Positions 18,426 through 28,260 of a DNA stretch of 64,000 nt are shown here, in pieces; position 1 is the stretch's first letter, and each line of letters starts with the position of its first letter. The notes beneath the pieces were generated by a model that worked only from the letters and a program-made list of their open reading frames with translations, had not been told where the DNA came from and did no database searches. The DNA lies in assembly GCA_963931545.1 (NCBI GenBank), contig OZ007025.1, positions 887,692-951,691 of the forward strand. Reading direction: 5' to 3'. A program made the position numbers and the translations under genes. The stretch comes from an uncultured Bacilli bacterium. Its GTDB lineage: Bacteria; Bacillota_I; Bacilli_A; RF39; UBA660.

Positions 18426-19275
18426 GATTTTATTTTTATTTATTTTCGTATTTTGTTTAACAGGTTGTTTGAAACATGATAATATGGAAGATATTACGAT
18501 TTATACGACTAATTACCCATCTGAATATATTACACAGAGATTATATGGGAAATTTAGCGATATTAAAAGTATTTATCCAAATGGTATTAATATAGAAAGT
18601 TATAAGTTGACAAATAAACAAATTGAAGATTATAGTAACGCTGATTTATTTATTTTTAATGGATTAAGTAATGAAAAAAAATATGTTGAAAAAATGAGAA
18701 AAAACAACAAAAATTTAAAAATCATAGATACTACTTTATCGATGGAATATACTAATGGTATTGAAGAATTATGGTTAGACCCATCTAATTTTCTAATGAT
18801 GGCGCAAAATATTAAAACAGGATTTGGAGAATATATTGATAGTTATTATTTAAATAATAAGATTGAAGATAATTATGAAGAATTAAAAATTGAAGCTTCT
18901 AATTTAGATGCCAAAATAAAAGATGTTATTTCTAATGGCAATAATAAAATAATTGTAACATCTAATAATTTATTTAAATATTTAGAAAAATATGGTTTAA
19001 CTGTTTATTCTTTAGATGAAAAGAATCATGATGTTAATGCTATATATAGACAAGTTGTTAATTTGATTAATAACGGTACTATAAAATACATATTTACAAT
19101 TGCTAATGAAAACAATAACTCTACTGTTCAAAAATTAATTGATAACACTACGGTAGAGGTGCAGGAGTGGAATAATCTTTCAAATCTAACTGAAACTCAA
19201 ATATTAGAAAAAGAAAATTATTTTACTATTATGAATTCTAATTTAGAATTATTAAAAAATGAATTATATAAATAG
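18409..19275 (+). CDS. Putative lipoprotein, solute-binding-protein-like (possibly TroA/ZnuA-like)
   Basis: A signal peptide with a lipobox (LTGC) and a weak resemblance (LDPSNF) to metal-binding SBPs. No permease gene is adjacent. Confidence 0.3.
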   Translation: MKKIFRILFLFIFVFCLTGCLKHDNMEDITIYTTNYPSEYITQRLYGKFSDIKSIYPNGINIESYKLTNKQIEDYSNADLFIFNGLSNEKKYVEKMRKNNKNLKIIDTTLSMEYTNGIEELWLDPSNFLMMAQNIKTGFGEYIDSYYLNNKIEDNYEELKIEASNLDAKIKDVISNGNNKIIVTSNNLFKYLEKYGLTVYSLDEKNHDVNAIYRQVVNLINNGTIKYIFTIANENNNSTVQKLIDNTTVEVQEWNNLSNLTETQILEKENYFTIMNSNLELLKNELYK

Positions 19276-19303
19276 CGAGTTCAATGGCTCGCTATTTTTT
19301 TTA
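19272..19303. terminator. Bidirectional terminator
   Basis: The hairpin AGCGAG-ttcaatgg-CTCGCT is followed by a T-run. Confidence 0.55.
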
Positions 19304-20471
19304 TTATCAATATTAAAGGAATTATTAATATACAAACAAGAATAATATTATCTTTAATAAAGCTAGTTAAACTAAATTTTAAATTTTGATTTAATGTAAT
19401 AATTTGAGTATCAATTATTTTATTTTTATAATATATTTTTAGTGTTCCTAATTTACTACCTTTTTTTTCAAAAGCGGATATTTCTTGTTTACCATCGTAT
19501 ACATACTTTATATCATTTTGATTATAATTGTTATTTAAATATTTTGTTATATTTTTTTCTGGATATAATTTTAATGTATTATTTTTTGTATATTTTACTT
19601 TTATTTCTTTAAAGGATTTATTTTTATTTACAATAAGGTGATTGCCATAATTTTGAATGAAATAATCATATATAATTTTGGCATCTTCAATATGATGGGG
19701 AGCTTTTTTATCATATGGTGCCCCTAATGTTACCAGCATGTAATTTACATTATTCTCTTTAGCAATTGTAGCTAAACAAAGACCTGCATTTGTTGTAGTT
19801 CCAGTTTTACCACCTAAAATATATGGAACTTCTATATCAAATTTTTTTGCATTATTATCAATGGTACTTTTAAAAGTTATTTTACCATCGGTAGATGTAT
19901 AGTTTTTTGTTGTTATTATTGTTCTAAAGTCTTTGTTTTTTAATGCCTCTTTAAATATTATTGAAACTTCTTTAGCAGTAGAATAATTTTTATCATCATC
20001 TAATCCAATAACTGTACTAAAGTGAGTGTTTTTTAATTTTAGCGATTTGGCTTTTTCATTCATTTTATTTATGAATTTTTGTTCACTCCCTGATATATTT
20101 CTAGCTAGAGCTTTGGCTGCATCGGCACCTGATGGTAGTAATAATCCATATAATAAATCTTTATATGTTACAACTTCTCCTTTAGTAAAGCCTGCTGTTA
20201 CAGCGTTAGCTTCAGCTAATCCTTTAAAATCTTCATTTTCCAATACAACTTGTTGATTCAAATCATCAACACTTTCTAAAGTAACTAATGCTGTCATTAT
20301 TTTTGTTAAACTAGCAATTGATTTTTGTTCATCAGCTTGTTTTTCATATAAAACTTCTCCGGTATCTAAATTATACAAAATTGCATTTTGTGATGAAATG
20401 TTTAAATCTAATGCGTTTGTTTTTCCTATAAATATAAGGAAAAGCAACATAAAACTTAATACTTTTTTCAT
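19281..20471 (-). CDS. dacA: D-alanyl-D-alanine carboxypeptidase (PBP5 family) with C-terminal membrane anchor
   Basis: The protein has a signal peptide, an SxxK motif (SIASLTK), a KTG motif (GGKTGTT) and a C-terminal hydrophobic helix. Confidence 0.75.
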   Translation of the reverse strand: MKKVLSFMLLFLIFIGKTNALDLNISSQNAILYNLDTGEVLYEKQADEQKSIASLTKIMTALVTLESVDDLNQQVVLENEDFKGLAEANAVTAGFTKGEVVTYKDLLYGLLLPSGADAAKALARNISGSEQKFINKMNEKAKSLKLKNTHFSTVIGLDDDKNYSTAKEVSIIFKEALKNKDFRTIITTKNYTSTDGKITFKSTIDNNAKKFDIEVPYILGGKTGTTTNAGLCLATIAKENNVNYMLVTLGAPYDKKAPHHIEDAKIIYDYFIQNYGNHLIVNKNKSFKEIKVKYTKNNTLKLYPEKNITKYLNNNYNQNDIKYVYDGKQEISAFEKKGSKLGTLKIYYKNKIIDTQIITLNQNLKFSLTSFIKDNIILVCILIIPLILIIKKIASH

Positions 20472-20582
20472 AATGTCCTCCGATATAATTATACATTGTA
20501 TATTGAAAAAAAAGAAGCATAAAATTACTTATATTATAATTAGGTATAGAAAAACTTAAAACAAGTTAAATTATTTTAAGTT

Positions 20583-23500
20583 TTATCCTCTATTAGTGTA
20601 TGAATAAGTTGTTCCTCTTAAAATCATTTCTAATGCATCTACTCCATATGGTTTACCATCGGTAGATAACATTTGAAATCCTAAATAGTAATTTCCTTTT
20701 AATGATGATATATTTAAATTGAAATTTCTACTTTCTCCATCGGCAATCGTACTACTACTAATTTGATTACTCTGTGCATGTACCCATGCATTTTGACCAG
20801 CACTTTGTGGTATAACAGCTAATATATTTGTTCCTGTTCCCCAAGGAGATGCATGATGCATTGGTATATATCTAACATATAATGTACTATAATCTGTTAA
20901 ATCAAATAAATTTTGTGATGTTAACTGACTTCTGACAGGACGAGTGTCTGTATGAGCCATAGTTAAATAATACTTATGTGAAGTAGCCCATACTGGATGT
21001 TTATCAATTTCTGCTTGTGAAGCATATACATTCCAAGTAGGTGCCCAAGCATTTGTATCATATCTACTTAACCAAGCCGTAGATGAATCTGTAACATCTA
21101 ATTTAAATACCGTATAATCACTTTTTCGCCAACTAGGATAAATAATTGCAGAACTATTGCAACCACCCATAGTTCCTATTTTTACTGTTGTACCACTACT
21201 TATGGTATGTGTACTATTACCACATACTACTGTTGCTCCTGCATATGAAAATCCACTAGATGGTGATGTTGTAAATGTAATGTTTTCTCCATTTATTGAT
21301 TTATTTTTTGATAATTTTATACTTCCGCCTCTTACTGTACCTACTGATATTGATGTTATTCCACTAACTGTATAACTACTACTCATTGTTCCATTTTCAT
21401 CAGTTACTTTGGCTTCTATATTTCCATTTTTATCAAAATTTACATCTACTATATTTGAGGTTACTTCTACTATTTCTCCATTATCTTTTTGATATGTACA
21501 TGTTCTTGTAGAGCCACATCCTGATGGATATACTACAGTAACTGTCTTTCCATCACTTTTTATAGTTTCTCTAAACGATATATTTCCTGGATTTTCATAG
21601 GAATATGTTTGACATAGTAATCTCGCATAATTTATATTACAAGAATTATCTTTTCCATTTGTCAATATTTCTTGGATTGCAAAATAATAGTCGCCACTTA
21701 ATTTTGTTATATCACTTGTTATACTTTTTCCATTTGTTGCATTTGTACCAGCCATACTAACCTCTACCGATGTTGATAAATTTTAAGCCAATCATTTTTA
21801 GTTTTTGTTGGTCCTATAAACATTACTCCACCATTGGTACACCAAGCCATTATTTGATATGACTTGTAATTATCTACATTTATTGTTCTTGAAGTTGATA
21901 TTTGATTTCTAGAAGCTCCTTGTGTATGTTGAATATTCGCGTAATATTTATTACCTCCTGAATCAGCACTTGTCGTATAATCCAAAAATGTTCCTTTTAA
22001 TCCATCATATTTAGTAAACTCCCATGGGATGCTTGCAGGAGTACTATTCAAATAGAAAAGATTATAATCATTACATTTCCATGATGGGTATACTATTGCT
22101 GAAGCACAATTTTTATCAGCTATTGAAAATGTTTTAGTACTTGCTCCTATTTTATATTTTGTTCCATTTTGACAAATTATTGTTGACCCTTGATATTTAA
22201 ATGTACTATCTGGAGTATCTGTAATACTTATTACTTCATCATCTATTGCTACTTCTTTTGATAGACTTATACTTCCTCCTTTTATATCTCCTGCTTGTAA
22301 TTTTGTTATTCCTGTTACATTATAAGAATTGTTTACACTATTTGTTCCATCTGTTACTGTTGCTATTACACTTCCATTCATTGTAAATGATACATTTGCT
22401 TTTGTACTATTTACTTCTACTACTGTTTCACTATCTTTTTGATAGGTACATGTTAATGTGCTTCCACATCCAGATGGATATGTTATAGTAACTGTTTTTC
22501 CTTCATTATTTGCACTTTCACTAAAGGTTGGTGCTACTAAACTAGTTGTTTTTACTTCTTTTGTTTCTGTTGTTGTTTTACCACTTTTTGATGTTACTCT
22601 AACTTCTACTGTATAACTTGTTCCTTGATTTAGATTTGTAAAATTATGAGTGGTACTAGTATTGCCATCTATCCAATTTCCACCATTTATTCTATATTCA
22701 TATTTAGTTATTCCACTATCAGCTTGGGCATTTGATACTACGGTTATACTATTGGTTGTACTTGTAGTTGATATGCTTAAACTTATATTATCTACTTTAA
22801 CTTTTGAAGTTAGTGTTGTATTACTACTAACTGTATATTTATTATTTGGATTTCCTACTTTAGAACTTCCACTATACCATCCATCTATTATATAGCCTTT
22901 ATTAGGGGTTATGGTTGGTAAGGTTATTTCACATTCTGTTTCTCTATTATATATTGTACATATATCACTATTTTTTCCTATACTTTCTATATTGCTTCCT
23001 TTGTTATAGGTTACTTTTATTTCTTTTTTATAGATAGCATACAAGGTACTTGTTCCGACCGGCATTTGATATTCTGTTAGTCCTACTAAGGCATCTTTAT
23101 CGGTATTTCAGCCTACAAATGTCCATCCATTTTTGTAGGCTTTAATATTTAAATCTACTTTACTTCCACTTGTTAGATATTCTCCTTCACTATCGGTTCT
23201 TTCTCCTCCATTTGTTTTATAATCATAGGTTAATAGATATGTACTTGGGGCTTCTGGGTCTTTATTTTCTTGAGTATATTCAAATTCTATTTCTACTTCA
23301 CTTGAAGTTGGCTCTCCATCATAGTTTGGATTATATTCTATTTTTACATGAACTAATTTACTTTTTCCATGTTCTAAGACTTCTCCTTTGGTATATCCTG
23401 AGAAGGTTATTATTACCGCTTCACTATTTGAGTTTTGGGTATTTGTTAATATATCATTTAGTTTAGCATCTAAGGTCCCTCTATTTTCTATGGTTACATC

Positions 23501-23760
23501 ATATTCCATGGCATCGCCTTTTTTATACAAATCGGCTTCCATTGAGGCTGTTAAGGTGGTCCATGATGGTTTTACTGTATTTTTGGCACTTCCTGTTGGA
23601 GTTCCATCTGTAACATTAGTTATTCTTATATCCCAGTTACTAGTTACTTTTGAAGTTCCTGATATCTTTAATTCGGTATTAAATGCGGCATAGCCTATAA
23701 CCATACATAATAGTACTCTTATTAAGCTTAATATTATTATATTTCTTTTTTTTCCCTCTA
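20583..23760 (-). pseudogene. Large surface protein gene (SipW/TasA-type signal, Fn3-like module, two tandem 250-aa modules), disrupted copy A
   Basis: By comparison with the 97%-identical copy B, this gene is split into three ORFs (23108-23704, 21764-23065, 20583-21755). The causes are a frameshift in an A8 tract at 23746-23753, a TGG-to-TGA change at 23108-23110 and a +1 frameshift near 21757. Confidence 0.55.
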
Positions 23761-23885
23761 TGCATATTATTCACCAATTATATTATACCCCCCCATGAAA
23801 ATTTCAAGTTTTTTAATACAAAAGTAAAAAAAGAAACAAGGTTTTACACTTATTTCTTTATTTGGGGGTGGTGGGGGTATTTATT
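22695..23885. repeat. 1.2 kb direct repeat (copy A) shared with 35633-36840, 12.9 kb apart
   Basis: The near-identical DNA covers the 5' part of the surface-protein gene plus 180 bp of upstream region. A second shorter shared block is 20761-20855 versus 35518-35610. Confidence 0.8.
23788..23868 (-). promoter_or_regulatory. Promoter region of surface-protein copy A with a homopolymeric tract (C7 on + strand, G7 on coding strand) abutting TATAAT, plus the G-rich motif GGGGGTGGTGGGGG
   Basis: On the coding strand the sequence reads TTGAAA-ttttcat-G7-TATAAT, about 25 nt before the ATG. A G-rich block lies at 23855-23868. Confidence 0.35.
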
Positions 23886-24009
23886 AATATTGAGGGAAAA
23901 GTATATATAATATAAATGTTTTTTATACATATTTTTGATATTACATTACCTATAAATAAAATCACATATATAACAAATTCATATTTTAGCATTTTAAATA
24001 TCTATTTAC

Positions 24010-25290
24010 TTATTCTTTAAATTCAAATTCATAATCCATTATTTTGATGGTATCTCCTTCTTTAGCCCCTAATTCTCTTAATTCATCATCAATTCCCATT
24101 TTTCTTAATTTATTTGAAAATCTTAGTATTGCTTCTTCTGTATCTAATCTACTCATAATTAATAATTTTTCTATTTCTTTACCACTTATTATCCAAGTAT
24201 CATTTTCTTTTGTTATTTTATATGGTTTTTCTTCTTTAAATTTATAAATGACATGACTTTCAAATTTTTCATCTTCGTATAAATTTTCTTTAGGGATTTC
24301 ATCCAACATATCGGCTAATTTTAGAAGAATCTTTTCAATTCCATTACCATTTATAGCAGACATTTCATATATTTCTTTATTTACTTTTTCTTTGAATTTC
24401 TTTAAGTTTTCTTTTGATAATGGCATATCCATTTTATTAGCAATTATTATTTGAGGTTTTTTTATTAAAGATTTATCAAAATTTTCTAATTCTTTATTAA
24501 TGGTTATGTAATCATTATATGGGTCATTTGTATATCCACTCATATCAATTATATGGGCAATAACCCTAGTTCTTTGAGTATGTTTTAAAAATTTATCACC
24601 TAATCCATGTCCTAAAGAAGCACCTTCGATTAATCCTGGTAGGTCTGCTACTACGAAACTTCTATTATCTGATGTTTTTACAACACCTAAATTTGGTTTT
24701 AAAGTAGTAAATGGATAATCAGCAATTTTAGGTTTAGAAGCTGATATTTTAGATATAAAGGTTGATTTTCCAACACTTGGCATACCAACTAATCCTACAT
24801 CAGCTATTAATTTTAATTCGATTTTAACTTTTCTTCTTTCTCCTGGTTCACCGTTTTCAGCATAATTGGGTGCGGGATTGGATTGAGTGGCAAAAGCGAT
24901 ATTTCCTCTACCACCTCGGCCACCTTTAGCAATTACATATTGTTCATTATTTTTTGTTAAATCAGCGATAATTAATCCTGTATCAAAATCTGTAACAACT
25001 GTTCCTGCGGGAACTGGAATTATTATATCTTCAGCATTTTTTCCATGCATTCCTTTTCCCATTCCGTTTTCGCCTTTATACCCTTTAATTATTTTTTTAT
25101 ATTTAAAATCTATCAAAGTGTTTAACCCTGTATCTACTTTAAATATAATATCTGAGCCTTTGCCACCATTACCACCAAATGGACCACCCATGGCTACATA
25201 TTTTTCTCTCCTAAAAGCTAAACAACCGTTACCACCACTACCAGCAATCAATTCAACTACGGCTTCATCTATAAACATAATATCACTCAT
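24010..25290 (-). CDS. obg: GTPase Obg/CgtA
   Basis: The Obg fold (MFIDEAVVELIAGSGGNGCLAFRREKY), G motifs (GMPSVGKST) and a C-terminal OCT domain identify it. The true start is probably the ATG at 25278. Confidence 0.9.
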   Translation of the reverse strand: MSDIMFIDEAVVELIAGSGGNGCLAFRREKYVAMGGPFGGNGGKGSDIIFKVDTGLNTLIDFKYKKIIKGYKGENGMGKGMHGKNAEDIIIPVPAGTVVTDFDTGLIIADLTKNNEQYVIAKGGRGGRGNIAFATQSNPAPNYAENGEPGERRKVKIELKLIADVGLVGMPSVGKSTFISKISASKPKIADYPFTTLKPNLGVVKTSDNRSFVVADLPGLIEGASLGHGLGDKFLKHTQRTRVIAHIIDMSGYTNDPYNDYITINKELENFDKSLIKKPQIIIANKMDMPLSKENLKKFKEKVNKEIYEMSAINGNGIEKILLKLADMLDEIPKENLYEDEKFESHVIYKFKEEKPYKITKENDTWIISGKEIEKLLIMSRLDTEEAILRFSNKLRKMGIDDELRELGAKEGDTIKIMDYEFEFKE

Positions 25291-25361
25291 TTCTTAAGAA
25301 TATTATACATCATTATTCTCAAAGTTCAAAGTGTGTTTTAGTTCATTATAAAAAGGATTAA

Positions 25362-25829
25362 TTAATAATCCCATTTAACTATTGCATTTTTAGCTCCCCA
25401 TGGACTTTTATTTATTTGATTAGGTGGTGTTTGAATATAAAATGTTATACCATCATTTTCATTAAATGAAGTAGAATCTATTTCTACGATGTTAGATTTT
25501 ATAGTAATATTTATTATTTTTTTATTGTTAAACGCATTAGGTCCTATGGCATCTATGGTTTGACCATTTAAACTTTCTGGAATAAAAACTGTTTTATCAC
25601 ATGTATCACTATAGTTAGTTATTGTTAAATTATTTCTACTATTTGTTTCTACGGTAAAACATGTTGGGTTTGTAGTTAGTGTTTGAACATCGTTTAAAAC
25701 ACTTTCTTTTATTTTATCATTAGCTAGTTTTCTATTTCCTAAAATGGATACCGTTTCTAAAACTAATATTAAAAATAAAGATAAAATTCCATATAATAAA
25801 GCTGATGTTATAAAACCTTTATTGTTCAT
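25362..25829 (-). CDS. Small exported protein with a prepilin-like N-terminus and BspA-type leucine-rich repeats
   Basis: The N-terminus MNNKGFITSALLYGILSLFLIL is a class III signal-like sequence that lacks Glu at +5. The C-terminal repeats (FIPESLNGQTIDAIGPNAFNN..ITI) are LRR_5-like. Confidence 0.3.
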   Translation of the reverse strand: MNNKGFITSALLYGILSLFLILVLETVSILGNRKLANDKIKESVLNDVQTLTTNPTCFTVETNSRNNLTITNYSDTCDKTVFIPESLNGQTIDAIGPNAFNNKKIINITIKSNIVEIDSTSFNENDGITFYIQTPPNQINKSPWGAKNAIVKWDY

Positions 25830-26085
25830 TTTGCCATCCCCAATTCTGTTTAAATTATACCTTATTTATATTTTTTATACAAGGTGTTGGGTTTATATTA
25901 TAATTGTTTAGTGATTTATTTAATAAATTATAATAGGTGGTATTATGCGAAATTTTTGGTGTGGTCGTGGCAAATGGTCAATTATTTGTTTAATTAGTAT
26001 GATTATTTTATTTTATCAGATTTTAATTACAATATTTATTGTATCTAGATTTAATGTGTTTTTAATATTTGTTTTTATGATTTTA

Positions 26086-26988
26086 TTATTCTGCTCTATT
26101 TTTAGACTCTTTTGGTAAAATAAGCATTTCTGTTTTGTAGATTTTATCTATCATTTTACTTATTTTTTTACAATTTATATATTCGGAATCATCAAAATTA
26201 ACAAGGTCGATTTGTGATATTAAAATAAATAATAATTCTTTTTCTTCTTTTAAAAGAGGATAAATATTTTCATATTCATTTAATATTGTTTTAAAATCAA
26301 ATTCTAATGCATGATTTTGATAAAGTTTATATAAATCAAAAATGGGACTACCAATTTTAGATTTATCCCAACTAACTAAATACGATGTATCAGATTCTAA
26401 AAAATGTTCTAATTTTAAATTGTTATGAAGAACAACCCTTCGTTCTTTTCTTTTTTCTTTAATGTTTTCGTGCCAATAATCTAATCTTTTTTTATTTTCA
26501 CTTATAGTATCATATATTTTTGTAATATTTCTAGCTAATAACAATTCACTTGGACTCATATATACTTTAGATTCAATTATAGTTATTAAATCGGTATAGT
26601 ATATATATAAATAATTTAAGTTATTATCTAAATCTTCATATATTTTTTCATAATAATCTAAGTCAATTTCTTTATAATGAGTGGTTTTGCTATGTAATAA
26701 AGCTACTAATTTTATTAAATCTAAAATTTTTTGTTCTTTTGGAATATTTAAATCTTCAATATAATTAGTAAGTTGATATGATTCATCTTGATTATTTAAA
26801 AAAAAAGGTAAATAATCAAAACTGCGAGATTTTAAGTAATTTAAAATTTGCGGGTTTATCTTACCTTCTTTATATATATATTTTCCTTTATTTGTATTTA
26901 TTACAATTGTTTTACCTTTCTTTTTATATTCTCTAGCAATAATACCTTTACTTTTTAAAATTTGATTAATTTTCATAATTTGGAACAA
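26086..26988 (-). CDS. CotS/YsxE-family spore-coat kinase-like protein
   Basis: The phosphotransferase-fold motif VLHNNLKLEHFL is a degenerate form of HGDLxxxN. The gene sits directly downstream of a LysM SpoVID-like gene, matching the B. subtilis spoVID-ysxE arrangement. Confidence 0.45.
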   Translation of the reverse strand: MFQIMKINQILKSKGIIAREYKKKGKTIVINTNKGKYIYKEGKINPQILNYLKSRSFDYLPFFLNNQDESYQLTNYIEDLNIPKEQKILDLIKLVALLHSKTTHYKEIDLDYYEKIYEDLDNNLNYLYIYYTDLITIIESKVYMSPSELLLARNITKIYDTISENKKRLDYWHENIKEKRKERRVVLHNNLKLEHFLESDTSYLVSWDKSKIGSPIFDLYKLYQNHALEFDFKTILNEYENIYPLLKEEKELLFILISQIDLVNFDDSEYINCKKISKMIDKIYKTEMLILPKESKNRAE

Positions 26989-27571
26989 TTAATTTATCGC
27001 CTATTTTAAGATCATTTAAATCATTATAAGCTTCTAATTCTTCTTTATTTATTTCATATTTTTGAAGAATTGAATCAATAGTATCATTTTCTGTAACAAC
27101 ATGTACTTTATAGACTGAATACCTTTCATTTTCATCAAAACTATCAAAGAGATTTTTTGTATCTATATTTTGATTATTTTCTATATCTGCTTCTTCACGT
27201 TCATCTAATATTTCTATTTTTTCTTCTGGCAAAACGACTATCTCTTTTTCTTCTAAGTTGTCTAAAGAAACTTCTATATTAATTGAAAGTATTTCATTAT
27301 TAATGACTTCATAATAAAAATCATTGATATCCACTATTACATTATTTGTATTATATTTTTTATCAATACTAATATCAAATGGCAATTTATATTCGAATGA
27401 ATCAACATTCAAACTAGCTTCAGTCATTTTATAAGTTCCACTAATAATAAATTCACCTGAAACCAAATTATCTTCTTTTAGCGCTAGAGTATGCTCTAAT
27501 GATATACTATTAATTTCAAAGATATTGTTATTAAAATCAATATCTTTTTTAAATGGCACTATTTTTTTCAT
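26966..27571 (-). CDS. SpoVID/SipL-like protein (SPOCS-like N-terminal domain plus C-terminal LysM)
   Basis: A C-terminal LysM domain (DTIDSILQKYEINKEELEAYNDLNDLKIGDKLIVP) follows an N-terminal region resembling the SpoVID N-domain. The gene is coupled to the CotS-like gene. Confidence 0.4.
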   Translation of the reverse strand: MKKIVPFKKDIDFNNNIFEINSISLEHTLALKEDNLVSGEFIISGTYKMTEASLNVDSFEYKLPFDISIDKKYNTNNVIVDINDFYYEVINNEILSINIEVSLDNLEEKEIVVLPEEKIEILDEREEADIENNQNIDTKNLFDSFDENERYSVYKVHVVTENDTIDSILQKYEINKEELEAYNDLNDLKIGDKLIVPNYEN

Positions 27572-27612
27572 GTTTATCTCCTCCTATATAAATATATGAC
27601 TTATTAATTTTT

Positions 27613-28206
27613 TTAGAATAAATTTTCATAAATTGAACTTGCATTATCAAAATTTGCTTTATTCCATATATTTTCAATGTAATTATTTCGTTCATTTTTA
27701 TATTTTAAATAATATGAATGTTCCCAAAGGTCGATGTTAAATAGTGGTATAAGATTATATGAAAGTGGTGTTTCTTGATTTGGTAAATTGATTATTGTTA
27801 GGTTACCATTGTTATCGGCGACTAAAAAAGTATAACCTGAACCAACTAAATTTTTAGATTTATTTATAAAAGTTTGTTTAAAATTTGTAAAATTTCCATA
27901 ATCATGGTTTATTTTATTTAAAAGTTTACCTTTTGGTAAGGATGGTGTATCGCTTAAACTTTGCCAATATAAATCATGATTTAATATTCCACCTGCATTA
28001 TATAATATTTGTCCTCTATTTTGTATTTGAAATTCATTTATTCTTTTGGGAATTTGATTTAAAGGTATTTTGTAATCTTTAATATAATTGTTTAAATTTT
28101 CAGCATATTTTTGATGATGTTTATTATAGTGAATATTTACTGTTTGTTCATCGATTACTGGTTCTAAAGCATCATAATCATATGGTAATTTTATTGTTTG
28201 ATACAT
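27613..28206 (-). CDS. sodA: Superoxide dismutase (Fe/Mn)
   Basis: The metal-ligand context LPYDYDALEP and the motifs HHQKY and DLWEHSYY identify it. Confidence 0.9.
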   Translation of the reverse strand: MYQTIKLPYDYDALEPVIDEQTVNIHYNKHHQKYAENLNNYIKDYKIPLNQIPKRINEFQIQNRGQILYNAGGILNHDLYWQSLSDTPSLPKGKLLNKINHDYGNFTNFKQTFINKSKNLVGSGYTFLVADNNGNLTIINLPNQETPLSYNLIPLFNIDLWEHSYYLKYKNERNNYIENIWNKANFDNASSIYENLF

Positions 28207-28260
28207 TATTTCGCCTCCATTTAATTATATGAAAAAAAGAAGAACATATTAATCTTCTTT

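Noticed and set aside
5023-21375. Other short antisense ORFs nested in large genes (5023-5262, 5816-6019, 8648-8878, 9245-9493, 10548-10736, 13275-13475, 16415-16669, 17910-18119, 20026-20256, 21157-21375 and similar later ones)
   Set aside because: They lie wholly within well-supported genes on the opposite strand. They have no RBS and a biased composition typical of spurious ORFs in AT-rich DNA.
22650-23693. Plus-strand ORFs 22650-22895, 23170-23466 and 23388-23693, and their duplicates at 35588-35836, 36111-36407 and 36329-36634
   Set aside because: These are antisense shadow ORFs inside the minus-strand surface-protein gene. Their products are low-complexity and hydrophobic (Leu/Phe/Tyr-rich) from reading AT-rich codons backwards. 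They are duplicated only because the underlying gene is duplicated.
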